Below, one piece after another: positions 20,693-29,430 of a DNA stretch of 64,000 nucleotides. The translations under genes were made by a program, and so were the position numbers. Location of the stretch: positions 1,525 through 65,524 of the forward strand of contig CAYOJH010000006.1 in assembly GCA_964404275.1 (NCBI GenBank), given 5' to 3'. Origin of the DNA: an uncultured Gammaproteobacteria bacterium (GTDB lineage: Bacteria > Patescibacteriota > Patescibacteriia > SG8-24 > DYFX01). The notes under the pieces were generated by a model that was given only the letters and a program-made list of their open reading frames with translations, did no database searches and was not told where the DNA came from. How positions within the stretch are numbered: position 1 is the first letter of the stretch; each line of letters begins with the position of its first letter.

Positions 20693-21574
20693 TCATCGCA
20701 GGGCCGTCGAGGAGGTCGCGGACGGCAGGATGTCGGCGGCGTAATCGTCGAAATCGGCGTCCATGAAGTCCGTGCGGATGCCGCCGCGTCCGGCCTGCGT
20801 GAAGGCCGGCCCGCCGGCGTTCAGGCCGTCGTCGACCGCTTCGGCGATCGGTTCCCACGTGCCGGTGCGCCCGACGTCCGCGTACAGGCGGATGCGCACG
20901 CGCGTCCCGTCGATGTTTTGCGTTTCGACGCGCAGGCCGATCCAGCTTCCGGTCGGCAAAAGATTCGGATGCGAGGCGCGATCATATTCGCCCGGGAAGA
21001 CCTGGCGCAGCGCCAGCGTGTAATAGGTGCCGCCGATTTTTTTCTTGATGACCGCGTTGCCGTCCACGCGCACGCCGGCGTAGTACAGATTGTTCTCGTC
21101 CTGATAGCGGCTGAAGAGCAGCAGGCCGTTCGATTCGCTGCGATGGACGTCGCGGCTCAGGTTGTAGCGGTTGATGCGGATCCAAACCTGCTGTGACGCG
21201 TCCTGCCAGCCGGCTTTGGCCAGCAGGCGGAAAATGTTCTGGGGATGCTTGCCGTCGTCGGTTTCGCCGGGAGTGTTGAAGGCGTAGAGCTTCCGCCAGG
21301 CGTCGTCCGCCAAGAGCTCGCCCTGGACGGTGCTGCCGACGCCGTTCCAGAGCGTGAAATACGCGCCGGAATTCAGCCACCAATACGGACTCGTGCTGCT
21401 CTCCGGGTCGGACGTTTCTTCCAACCGGCCTTCCGATCCGAAATCGTAGCGGAACGGCAGCGCGGAGCCGGCCTCGCCGCCGCCTCCCCGGACGGAACGC
21501 CAGGTCGAAAAGCCCGCGATCAGCAGGATCGCCAGGAACCACAGGCTTGTTTTCATCGTGAAATTGAAAAGCAT
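20693..21574 (-). CDS. Exported beta-sandwich protein, paralog of 26265-27140
   Basis: Signal/TM; SPYWWLNSG, HPQNIFRL, SNGLLLFSRYQ, GGIRTDFMD. Confidence 0.8.
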   Translation of the reverse strand: MLFNFTMKTSLWFLAILLIAGFSTWRSVRGGGGEAGSALPFRYDFGSEGRLEETSDPESSTSPYWWLNSGAYFTLWNGVGSTVQGELLADDAWRKLYAFNTPGETDDGKHPQNIFRLLAKAGWQDASQQVWIRINRYNLSRDVHRSESNGLLLFSRYQDENNLYYAGVRVDGNAVIKKKIGGTYYTLALRQVFPGEYDRASHPNLLPTGSWIGLRVETQNIDGTRVRIRLYADVGRTGTWEPIAEAVDDGLNAGGPAFTQAGRGGIRTDFMDADFDDYAADILPSATSSTALR

Positions 21575-21607
21575 AGGAAGAAAAAGAGAGGGCGGCGAGG
21601 CGTCCTC

Positions 21608-22366
21608 TCAAGAGATGCGCAGGTCCGTGCAGGTGCTGAGGAAGACGTGGAAGGCTTCGTCGAGCCTCCCGACCTTGTCGCCGATGGTTTCGCAAAGGTA
21701 CTTCTGATCAAGCCGTTCCGAGATGCCGCGCTGGTACATGGCCGGGTGCGGAATTTCCGCGTAGTGCGCGGAGGGCACGTGACGCCAGACGCGAAGGAGC
21801 AATTCGATCGGGATGCCGTAGTGCTCCGTCTTGAACGTCTCGATGATGGGCGCGAGCGCGTTCCAGCGGAAGCCCATGAAACCGCTTCTCGCGTCGCTGA
21901 CGGGCCAGCGGGTCACGAGCCGCACCATCTGCGCGATCGCCGTGTTCAGGCAGACGCGGTCGAGCATCGCGCAGCTCGTGTCGGATTTGGGATGGAAGCG
22001 CGAGCAGACGACGACGTCGGCGCCGCGTTCGATCCGCTCCATGACTTCGGGCAGCAGTGACGGTTCGTGTTGGCCGTCTCCGTCGATGCGGATGACGGCG
22101 TCGATCCCGTGGCAGCGGCGATCGATGTATCGGAGCGCGGCGCGCGTGGCGGCGCCGTTTCCGGAGTTCTTTTCGAGGTGCACGACGTGTTCGGTGAAGC
22201 GCGCGGCCAGGGAATCGGAACCGTCGGTCGAGCCGTCGTCGGCCACGACCAGGGCGGAGATGCGATGTCCGGCCGCATGCAGGATGCGTTCGAGCACGGC
22301 GCCGAGTTTTTCCCGCTCGTTGTACACGGGGACGAACACGGCAAAGTTCAAGTTCATTCGTCGCAT
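21608..22366 (-). CDS. GT2 glycosyltransferase (DPM synthase-like)
   Basis: VPVYNE, DDGSTDGS, IDGDGQH, DARSGF; AGGAGG RBS. Confidence 0.9.
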   Translation of the reverse strand: MRRMNLNFAVFVPVYNEREKLGAVLERILHAAGHRISALVVADDGSTDGSDSLAARFTEHVVHLEKNSGNGAATRAALRYIDRRCHGIDAVIRIDGDGQHEPSLLPEVMERIERGADVVVCSRFHPKSDTSCAMLDRVCLNTAIAQMVRLVTRWPVSDARSGFMGFRWNALAPIIETFKTEHYGIPIELLLRVWRHVPSAHYAEIPHPAMYQRGISERLDQKYLCETIGDKVGRLDEAFHVFLSTCTDLRIS

Positions 22367-22453
22367 GACGGACTTCCTCCTGCGTGTGGGCGCAATTCGC
22401 GCGCCCGGAGAAATCCCCGACGGATCGTCAGGAATTCGGCCGGACCGCGCCAA

Positions 22454-23191
22454 TCAGCAGACGAGCTCTGCCGCCAGGAGCTGCGCGGGCGTGTTCACGC
22501 CCAGGCCTTCTCGTTCGTCTTCGAGCCGGACGCCACGCACGCTTTCGCCCTCCGCGAAGGTCAGCGCGACCAGATCGGTCAGATAGAATTCGCCGGACGC
22601 GTTTTCCGCGGTCAGCCGCGCGACGTTCCGTTTCAGCCAGGGGCCGCGGAAGCAGTAGGTGCCGACGTTGACTTCGCGAATGCGCGCGCCTTCGTGCGTG
22701 GCGTCTTTCCGTTCGACGATGCCGATGATGCGGTCATCGTTGTCTCGGAGAATGCGCCCGCAATCGTCGAAAGCTTCGCGGAGGCCGGTGAAATCCGGCA
22801 CGTAGACGGTCGCGAGCGAGACGGCCGCGTCGGACGCTTCGCGCGCGCCGACCACCGCGTAGAGCGACTGGGCGGTGACGAGCGGATGATCGCCCGGCAC
22901 GATCACGACGGATTCTTCGGGCGTCTCGAGCGCTTCGATGGCGCAGCGGACGGCGTCGCCCGTTCCACGCGGCTCCTGTTGGACGACGAAGGCGCACGGC
23001 ACGCCTTCAAGCGCGTTCCGGATTTCACCGGCCTGATCGCCGACCACGACGGTCGGCCGCGGACAGAGCACGCGGGCGGCGCTCAGCACGCGCTCGATCA
23101 TCGGCACGCCGCCGACGGTTTGCAGGACTTTCGGCCGCTCGGATCCCATGCGGGTGCCTTTGCCGGCGGCCAAGATGATGACGTGGGCCAT
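22454..23191 (-). CDS. GlmU-like N-terminal nucleotidyltransferase (UDP-GlcNAc pyrophosphorylase domain only)
   Basis: ILAAGKGTRM.S..PKVL, QEPRGTGDA, IVERKDA, EFYLTD, GVNT. Confidence 0.88.
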   Translation of the reverse strand: MAHVIILAAGKGTRMGSERPKVLQTVGGVPMIERVLSAARVLCPRPTVVVGDQAGEIRNALEGVPCAFVVQQEPRGTGDAVRCAIEALETPEESVVIVPGDHPLVTAQSLYAVVGAREASDAAVSLATVYVPDFTGLREAFDDCGRILRDNDDRIIGIVERKDATHEGARIREVNVGTYCFRGPWLKRNVARLTAENASGEFYLTDLVALTFAEGESVRGVRLEDEREGLGVNTPAQLLAAELVC

Positions 23192-23197
23192 AGCGGG

Positions 23198-24769
23198 TTA
23201 TTTCAACGGGGTGAGGCTGACGTTTTTGACGTGGATCTCGGCCGTCGCCAGGCGGGGATCCCAGATCTTGAAGCCGACGCCGCCGATGCCGTCGGGCACC
23301 GTCGTCGACGCGACGGCCTCGCCTTCGGCGTAGCAGGTCGCGCTCCGGCCCTGCACGCTCATGCCGAGCGACGTCCGGCGGCCGTTCGCGAGCGCGACGG
23401 GATCGTGCTGCTCGAAAATCCGCTGCGTCGCGCCGTCGATCGTGCTCGTGATCGCCACCCAGCCGTCCGTGCCGAAGATGCAGGACAGATAATTCTGCCC
23501 GTCCTTATAGCGCGACATGAGCGTGACGTTGCTGCCGCTCGTCCAGTCGAGCGTCGCGTCGAAGCGGTAGTCCTTCCAGGTTTTCGTGCCGTCCAAGAAG
23601 GCCGCCGCGCCGGTCGTCGTCGAGGTGGCGCCGAGCGTCGCGTCGCCGTTCGCGATCCGCGCGTCGCCCCAGGACCTGCGCCAGCCGGCATTCTCTGCGA
23701 AGTCGTCCGCGTACGGAAGCGATTTGTCCAAGCCGCCTTCGAGATAGGCGAGAAGCTGCGCGCCGGTCCAATCCGTCGGCACTTCGATGCGCTTGAGCCG
23801 CAGGCGGTTGTCGGTCGAGTAGTTCAAGATGTACTCGCCTTGGTTCTGCCAGACCTGACGAAAGGCCACGCGGTAGTTGTCGCCCTCGAGCGACGCGATT
23901 GCGCTGATCGCGCCCGGATTATTCACGGTCTGCTGACCGTAGTCGCCGAACGGATACGAGGTCGCGTCGACCTGGACGCCGAAATTCGATTCGAGGACGT
24001 GCTTCGAGCCGACGATCTCACTGGTGATGCGCGTGAAATATTCGTCGTCGGTCTCGAGTCGGCCGATCGTCGGGAGCCAGGCCTTGTTGCTCAGGAAATT
24101 CCCCTGGGTGCCGTTCCCGTCGACCGGCACGAAGCCGCCGGTGCTTTGGATGTCATGCGAGCCGATCTCCCAGTTGCCGGACGCGACCATCTCCTTGATG
24201 TCGGAGGTCGTGATGTAATAGCCGCTGAGTCCGCTCGGCGCCGGCACCGAGTCGGCCGTGGCGATGAACATCACGGCCTTGAAGCCCAGGGCCTTCAGGA
24301 CCGGATCGGCCTTTTCATAGCTGTCGCGCCGTCCATCGTCGAACGTCAGGAGGAACGAGCGACGCGGCAGGCGCTTTTCGCCGCGCTGGAAGGCGTAGTA
24401 GTCCTCGAGCGAGATCGTTTGATAGCCGGCGGCCTTAAGCGTGTAGAGCTGATCCTTGAACGTGTCGGTCGTCATGCTGAAGCGGTCGGGACCGTTCACG
24501 ATGCCGTGATAGAGGAGCACCGGCACGCCGTCCTCGGTTTCCGTGGCGGAGGCCAGCGCGTCCGGGCTGCCGAAGACCGAGAAGATCGCTTGCAGCGCGC
24601 CAGCGCCGCCGAAACGCGCGTATTCCGCGCGGTCGAGGAAGGCGTCGATCGTGCGCGACGGGAGCTTGAAATCGATATTGCGCGCGTAAATCGTGCCGGT
24701 GCCGATCGCGAGCGCCAGACAGCCGGCGATCACGGAGAAGTAGATTTTCTGGCGGGCAATGTGCGTCAT
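23198..24769 (-). CDS. Exported CE4 polysaccharide deacetylase (PgaB/IcaB/NodB-like) with C-terminal beta domain
   Basis: VPVLLYHG, LLTFDDG, WEIGSH, SYPFG. Confidence 0.9.
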   Translation of the reverse strand: MTHIARQKIYFSVIAGCLALAIGTGTIYARNIDFKLPSRTIDAFLDRAEYARFGGAGALQAIFSVFGSPDALASATETEDGVPVLLYHGIVNGPDRFSMTTDTFKDQLYTLKAAGYQTISLEDYYAFQRGEKRLPRRSFLLTFDDGRRDSYEKADPVLKALGFKAVMFIATADSVPAPSGLSGYYITTSDIKEMVASGNWEIGSHDIQSTGGFVPVDGNGTQGNFLSNKAWLPTIGRLETDDEYFTRITSEIVGSKHVLESNFGVQVDATSYPFGDYGQQTVNNPGAISAIASLEGDNYRVAFRQVWQNQGEYILNYSTDNRLRLKRIEVPTDWTGAQLLAYLEGGLDKSLPYADDFAENAGWRRSWGDARIANGDATLGATSTTTGAAAFLDGTKTWKDYRFDATLDWTSGSNVTLMSRYKDGQNYLSCIFGTDGWVAITSTIDGATQRIFEQHDPVALANGRRTSLGMSVQGRSATCYAEGEAVASTTVPDGIGGVGFKIWDPRLATAEIHVKNVSLTPLK

Positions 24770-24793
24770 AGATGACGGGGGATCAAACGGGGA

Positions 24794-26122
24794 TCAGCGC
24801 GTGCCCCATTTACGGTCCTGGATGTTGAAGACCGCGTAGTACAGGACGAACGAAAGGACCACCATGTTCATCGCCGACCAGGCGAAGACGTACGGCCAGT
24901 AGCGATTTTCGCGGGAAGCGTAGCGGTAATAAATCGTGACGATGCAGGCCACCAGGAAGACGCCGAAGACGTAGTAGGTGGGCCACTCGTGCTTGACGAT
25001 CGGGTTGTAGATCAGCGCCTTGGTCGCCATGATCGGGGTCAAGAGCGTCAGGAAAATCAGCGGGAAGAAATACGAGAAGGCCACGAACGGGCGCTCTTTC
25101 CAAATGAACTTGCCCGCAAACAGGGAATTGACCAGCCAGCCTTTCTTCCAGCGAACCTGCTGCTTCAAAAGCTGCCGCATGTTCTCCGGGCAGATCGTGT
25201 AGGCCTGCGCGAGGTCGGAATACATCGTCTTGTAGCCGAGCCGCAGGACGCGGTTGGTGAGCGCGCGATCGTCGCCCCAGGTGACCGACAAGCCCAGGAA
25301 CTTTTCGTTGAGCCACTCGTCGAGCATCGGCAGGACGAGGTCGCGGCGGTAGGCCGAACTGCAGCCGCTGCAGCAGAAGACGGTGAAGAACGTCGACTCG
25401 GCGGCTTTGAGGATGCGGAAGGACAGGAAGTAATAGGCGGCCTGCATGCGCGTCAGCAGGTTCGTGTCCGCGTTTTCCGGATCGGCATGCGCGCAGACGG
25501 CGCCGACCGTCTTGTTGCGGAACGGCTCGATGATCTCGCGGAAGGTCGTCGGATCCATGTAGCTGTCGCTGTCGAGCTGCAAGATGATCTCGCCGGTCGC
25601 GCGCCGGAAGCCTTCGGCCATGCCATGGCGCTTGCCGTGATTCTTCCTCCAATTGATCACGGTCAGCCGCGGATAGCGCAGCTGTAGCTCGCGCAGCACG
25701 TCGAGCGTGTGGTCCGTGCTGCCGTCGTTGATGACGATCACTTCGAGCTTCTCCTCCGGGTAGTCGGCCTCGAAGGATTTCGTCACGGTCTTGGCGATCG
25801 ACTTCTCTTCGTTCATGCACGGGATGACGATCGAGACCGTCGGTTCGAATGCCCCGGTGATCAGCTCGTCCGGCGAATCGATCGCCTCGAAATGCGCGTC
25901 GTTGCGGTAGAACATCGCGCCGAGCACGCGCGAGAGTTCGAAGCTGGTCACGAAAATCGTGTAGGCCAGGAGCAGGGGATCCTGCACGTAGTCGGCCGCC
26001 GTCCTCGCTTTGGAAATGATCACGAGGCTGAGGACCAGGAATCCCAAAAAGATCAAGCTGACGCGATAGACGGAATCCGGCAGGAAAGGCGCCCTTTTCA
26101 AGGAGAGGGTCAGACTCGGCAT
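24794..26122 (-). CDS. Processive GT2 of the hyaluronan synthase/NodC/PgaC group
   Basis: INDGSTD, GKRHGM, LDSDS, CCSG, GDDRALTN, QQVRW; flanking TMs. Confidence 0.9.
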   Translation of the reverse strand: MPSLTLSLKRAPFLPDSVYRVSLIFLGFLVLSLVIISKARTAADYVQDPLLLAYTIFVTSFELSRVLGAMFYRNDAHFEAIDSPDELITGAFEPTVSIVIPCMNEEKSIAKTVTKSFEADYPEEKLEVIVINDGSTDHTLDVLRELQLRYPRLTVINWRKNHGKRHGMAEGFRRATGEIILQLDSDSYMDPTTFREIIEPFRNKTVGAVCAHADPENADTNLLTRMQAAYYFLSFRILKAAESTFFTVFCCSGCSSAYRRDLVLPMLDEWLNEKFLGLSVTWGDDRALTNRVLRLGYKTMYSDLAQAYTICPENMRQLLKQQVRWKKGWLVNSLFAGKFIWKERPFVAFSYFFPLIFLTLLTPIMATKALIYNPIVKHEWPTYYVFGVFLVACIVTIYYRYASRENRYWPYVFAWSAMNMVVLSFVLYYAVFNIQDRKWGTR

Positions 26123-26202
26123 AACTTCCAGATGGCTTGAGAGAAGCGTGCGCTTCGGGCTTATCTACTGGCTCAGACGCCCGACGTGCTCATTTCTTTA
26201 CA

Positions 26203-26247
26203 TAAAAAAACACCCCCCGCGCCGTGCTGGCGCGAGGGGTGTTTTTT
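26203..26247 (-). terminator. Intrinsic terminator
   Basis: aaaaaaacacccc...ggggtgtttttt hairpin downstream of 26265 gene. Confidence 0.75.
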
Positions 26248-26264
26248 ACGATGGGTTCGCGCCG

Positions 26265-27140
26265 TTAGAGCGCTTGGACTTCGTAGTTGTCGAGATCGAT
26301 GTCCATGAAGTCGGTGCGGATGCCGCCGTGGCCGGCCTGAGTGAAGGCCGGACCGCCGAAGCTCGCGCCGTCGTCGATCGCGCTCGCGACCAGCGTCCAG
26401 ACGCCGGTCTTGCCGACGTCCATGTAGAGCTTGATCGAAACGCGGCTGGCGTCGAGGTTCACGACTTCGGTCTTCAGCTTGATCCAGGTGCCCGGAGCGG
26501 GCAGGAGATACGGATTCGTGTCGCGGTTGTACGCGCCGGGGAAGATCTGCGGATACGTCATCGTGTAGTAGATGCCGTTGATCTTCTTCTTGATGACGGC
26601 GTGCCCGTCCACGCGGATGCCCGCGTAGTAGGTGTTCATGCCGTTCTGGTAGCGGTTGAACAGCAGGAGGCCGTTCGAGGCGCTGCGGTGCTCGTCCGTG
26701 CTCAAGTGATAGGCGTTGATGCGGTACGAGACTTTCTGCGAGTCGTTCTGGAAGTTCGCGCGCGAGACCAGGCGGAAGATGTTCTGCGGATGCGTGCCGT
26801 TATCCGTTTCGCCCGGGTCGTTCTGCTTGTAGAGCTGCGCCCAGGGATCGGTCGCGGGCAGGTCGCCTTGGATGGTGCTGCCGAGGCCGTCATGCAAGTA
26901 CATTTTGGCGCCGGAGTTCACCCACCAGTACGGGCTCGAGCTGCTGTCCATATCGCCGGTCTCGGCCAAGGTGCCGGGGACCGTGAACGTGTACGTGAAC
27001 GGGAGCGTGACTTGGGCCGAGGTGGCGGCCAGTACCGCGACGGGGTTGAGCGTCATGACGAGGCTCAAAACGCCGGATACAAAAAAGCCGATGACGGCAA
27101 GTTTTCGCTGACGTAACGCGAACAGGTTCCGTAAATCCAT
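26265..27140 (-). CDS. Exported beta-sandwich protein, paralog of 20693-21574
   Basis: Signal peptide; SPYWWVNSG, HPQNIFRL, SNGLLLFNRYQ, GGIRTDFMD. Confidence 0.8.
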   Translation of the reverse strand: MDLRNLFALRQRKLAVIGFFVSGVLSLVMTLNPVAVLAATSAQVTLPFTYTFTVPGTLAETGDMDSSSSPYWWVNSGAKMYLHDGLGSTIQGDLPATDPWAQLYKQNDPGETDNGTHPQNIFRLVSRANFQNDSQKVSYRINAYHLSTDEHRSASNGLLLFNRYQNGMNTYYAGIRVDGHAVIKKKINGIYYTMTYPQIFPGAYNRDTNPYLLPAPGTWIKLKTEVVNLDASRVSIKLYMDVGKTGVWTLVASAIDDGASFGGPAFTQAGHGGIRTDFMDIDLDNYEVQAL

Positions 27141-27280
27141 GAGAGAATGGTTAGAATAATGCGGACCGCGTCCACCGTAGCAACTCACCTGGACGAGGTC
27201 AAGAAAACTCAATAAAAATGGCTCTTTTTAGCGAATTCTCAGAATGAAAAAAATCCCCCGACGAGCGGGGAATTCTTTTC

Positions 27281-29290
27281 TTAGCGCAGACCGGCGCGAA
27301 CGGCGTAGATTTCGAGACCGGCCTTCTCTTCATCGGTCAGTCCGGCGCTCTCGGCGATCGCGCGATCCAATTCATCGATTTCTGCCGTGACGGAATCGCC
27401 GACGTAGATCGTCCCGCGCGGATCGTTCTTGGCCAGGCGGTCCTCGACGTAGATTTTGCGGACGGCTTCGATCTCGTCCTGGCGATCGGAGAGATATTCC
27501 CCGAGCGCGCGGCGATACAGCGTCGTCACGGAGTCGCCTTCGGCGGCCACGACCGTATACGGTCCGTAGGACGCGGCGGCGGGCTCGATGGCCGGCACGT
27601 TCGCCGGCGGCAGCTCGTCGGACGACGGCGCGGCGGCCACGACGGTGGCTTGGATGGACGGGTGATTGCCCGTCAGGACGAAGCCGGACGTCACGAGCAT
27701 GAGCAGCACCGCCGCGAACGAGGCCGCCGTGCGCGGACCCCAGCCGCGATCGTCATGCATCGAGGCCATCGTGCGGAAGCCGTGCCAGAGGAACAGGCCG
27801 TTCGTCGCGAGGAAGAAGAAAATCCAGAAGAGGACGGAGTAATAGTTCACGTCCGTGATCGGCAGGCGGCCGCTGGAGGCGGCGAGGCTGACCAGCGTGG
27901 CATAGGCCAGGACATACAGCGCGTTGAATCCGATCAGCGAGCCGAAGGCCTTCGAAACGCCGTTGCTCTTGGCGTTCGTCGGCTGCCAGCCGAGGCTGCG
28001 GCCGAGCAGGTTCGTCATGACCGCGTGGCTATAGCTGTAGGAATGGGCCATGCGAACCAAGACCGATCCGTATTTCGGCGCGGAGCGGCGGAACAGCGGA
28101 AGCACGATGAAACTGAAGGAGATGTAGGGCAGGAACGGCACGGCGTTGACCAGCGAAATCTTGTCGAAGTGGCGGAAAAGCAGCACGAAGACCTGGAAGG
28201 CCATGAGCAGCGACAAGGCGTGCGTCAGGTAATAGAGGAAGCCGGACCAGTAGCACAAGCGCTGGGCGAAGCTGATCTTGGCGGTCCGGAATTTCTTCGA
28301 AAGCATCAGGCTCATGCTGCCACTGCACCAGCGATGCTGCTGATGGAAATAGGCGTGCAGGTTATCGGGGCAGAGGCCGATCGCCAGGATCAGCGGCACG
28401 TATTTGATCTTCCAGCCTTTGGCGATCAGGTTAAAGCCCGTGTGCACGTCCTCGCTGTGCTCGATCTGCACGGTGCCGCCGATCTCGTCGAGAGCGCTGC
28501 GGCGATAGACGGCATTCGAACCGACGCAAATCGCTCCGCCCAAGGCGTCGCGCGAGACTTGGATCACGCGGTAAAAATCTTCCTGCGTCTGGCCGGCGCC
28601 GAATTCGAGCGGGGAGCGGCGATGGATGTCCGCGTCGGCTTGGAAATACTGCGGAGACTGCGCGATCGCGACGCGCGGATCCTGCATGTACGGAAGCAGC
28701 TCCTGGATGAACTCGGGACGCGGCGCGAAGTCGGCGTCGAAGACGACGATGAATTCGCCCTTCGAACGCTCATGCCCGTACTTCAAGTTGCCGGCCTTTT
28801 TCATCTGGCCGCGATCCGGGCGGGACAGGTATTCGAAACCCAGGCGGGCGGCCAGTTTCTTGGCCGCTTCGTCGCCGCCATCGTCCAGCACGTAGACCGT
28901 CTTGTTGGCGTAGGCGATGTCTTTCACGGCCGCGAAGGTCGTCTCGAGCAGGCTGATATCCTCGCCGCAAATCGGCAGGAAGACGTCGACGCTCGGGCGC
29001 TCGCTCTTCTGCCAGAAGGACTTCACCAACGCCCTGTGCCCGCGGACGTCGAAGGCTTTGTAGAACAGATTGATGCCGTAGCTGATCAGGTGGTAGAGGG
29101 TGAACAGCAAAATGATCGGGCCGAAAATCAGCCAATACCAGCGGTTCAGCGAAAAGAAAATGACGTAGCCGTACACGACGCCAAACCAGGTCAGGATGCC
29201 GAGGGCGTAGACGGCATGGACCAGGCGGGCATTTTTAACCACGAAAGCGTACATGTCGTACGCCGGGGAGCGGCGGGATTGGTTTTTCAT
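27281..29290 (-). CDS. Cellulose synthase-like processive GT2 (BcsA-like, no PilZ seen) with extracellular C-terminal extension
   Basis: VDVFLP, LDDG, KAGNL, FDADF, QSPQYF, SEDVHTG, QQHRW. Confidence 0.88.
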   Translation of the reverse strand: MKNQSRRSPAYDMYAFVVKNARLVHAVYALGILTWFGVVYGYVIFFSLNRWYWLIFGPIILLFTLYHLISYGINLFYKAFDVRGHRALVKSFWQKSERPSVDVFLPICGEDISLLETTFAAVKDIAYANKTVYVLDDGGDEAAKKLAARLGFEYLSRPDRGQMKKAGNLKYGHERSKGEFIVVFDADFAPRPEFIQELLPYMQDPRVAIAQSPQYFQADADIHRRSPLEFGAGQTQEDFYRVIQVSRDALGGAICVGSNAVYRRSALDEIGGTVQIEHSEDVHTGFNLIAKGWKIKYVPLILAIGLCPDNLHAYFHQQHRWCSGSMSLMLSKKFRTAKISFAQRLCYWSGFLYYLTHALSLLMAFQVFVLLFRHFDKISLVNAVPFLPYISFSFIVLPLFRRSAPKYGSVLVRMAHSYSYSHAVMTNLLGRSLGWQPTNAKSNGVSKAFGSLIGFNALYVLAYATLVSLAASSGRLPITDVNYYSVLFWIFFFLATNGLFLWHGFRTMASMHDDRGWGPRTAASFAAVLLMLVTSGFVLTGNHPSIQATVVAAAPSSDELPPANVPAIEPAAASYGPYTVVAAEGDSVTTLYRRALGEYLSDRQDEIEAVRKIYVEDRLAKNDPRGTIYVGDSVTAEIDELDRAIAESAGLTDEEKAGLEIYAVRAGLR

Positions 29291-29430
29291 ATGACGGGCT
29301 TGTATATCACGGAATTGAGCCGGTGTCAAGAGCCAGCCTTGGCGGAAAAAGGCCGTTTTTCATGACAATCCCAGCTGGACGGGCTATACTCCCAGCGTTC
29401 GATTCATTTTTGTCATCATCTTCACCACGC

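Noticed and set aside
22067-24775. Long antisense or alternate-frame ORFs (902 aa here; also 4848-6911, 7535-9277, 27650-29365, 54423-55952, 55813-57699)
   Set aside because: Shadow ORFs of high-GC genes with clear family motifs on the other strand; no motifs of their own.
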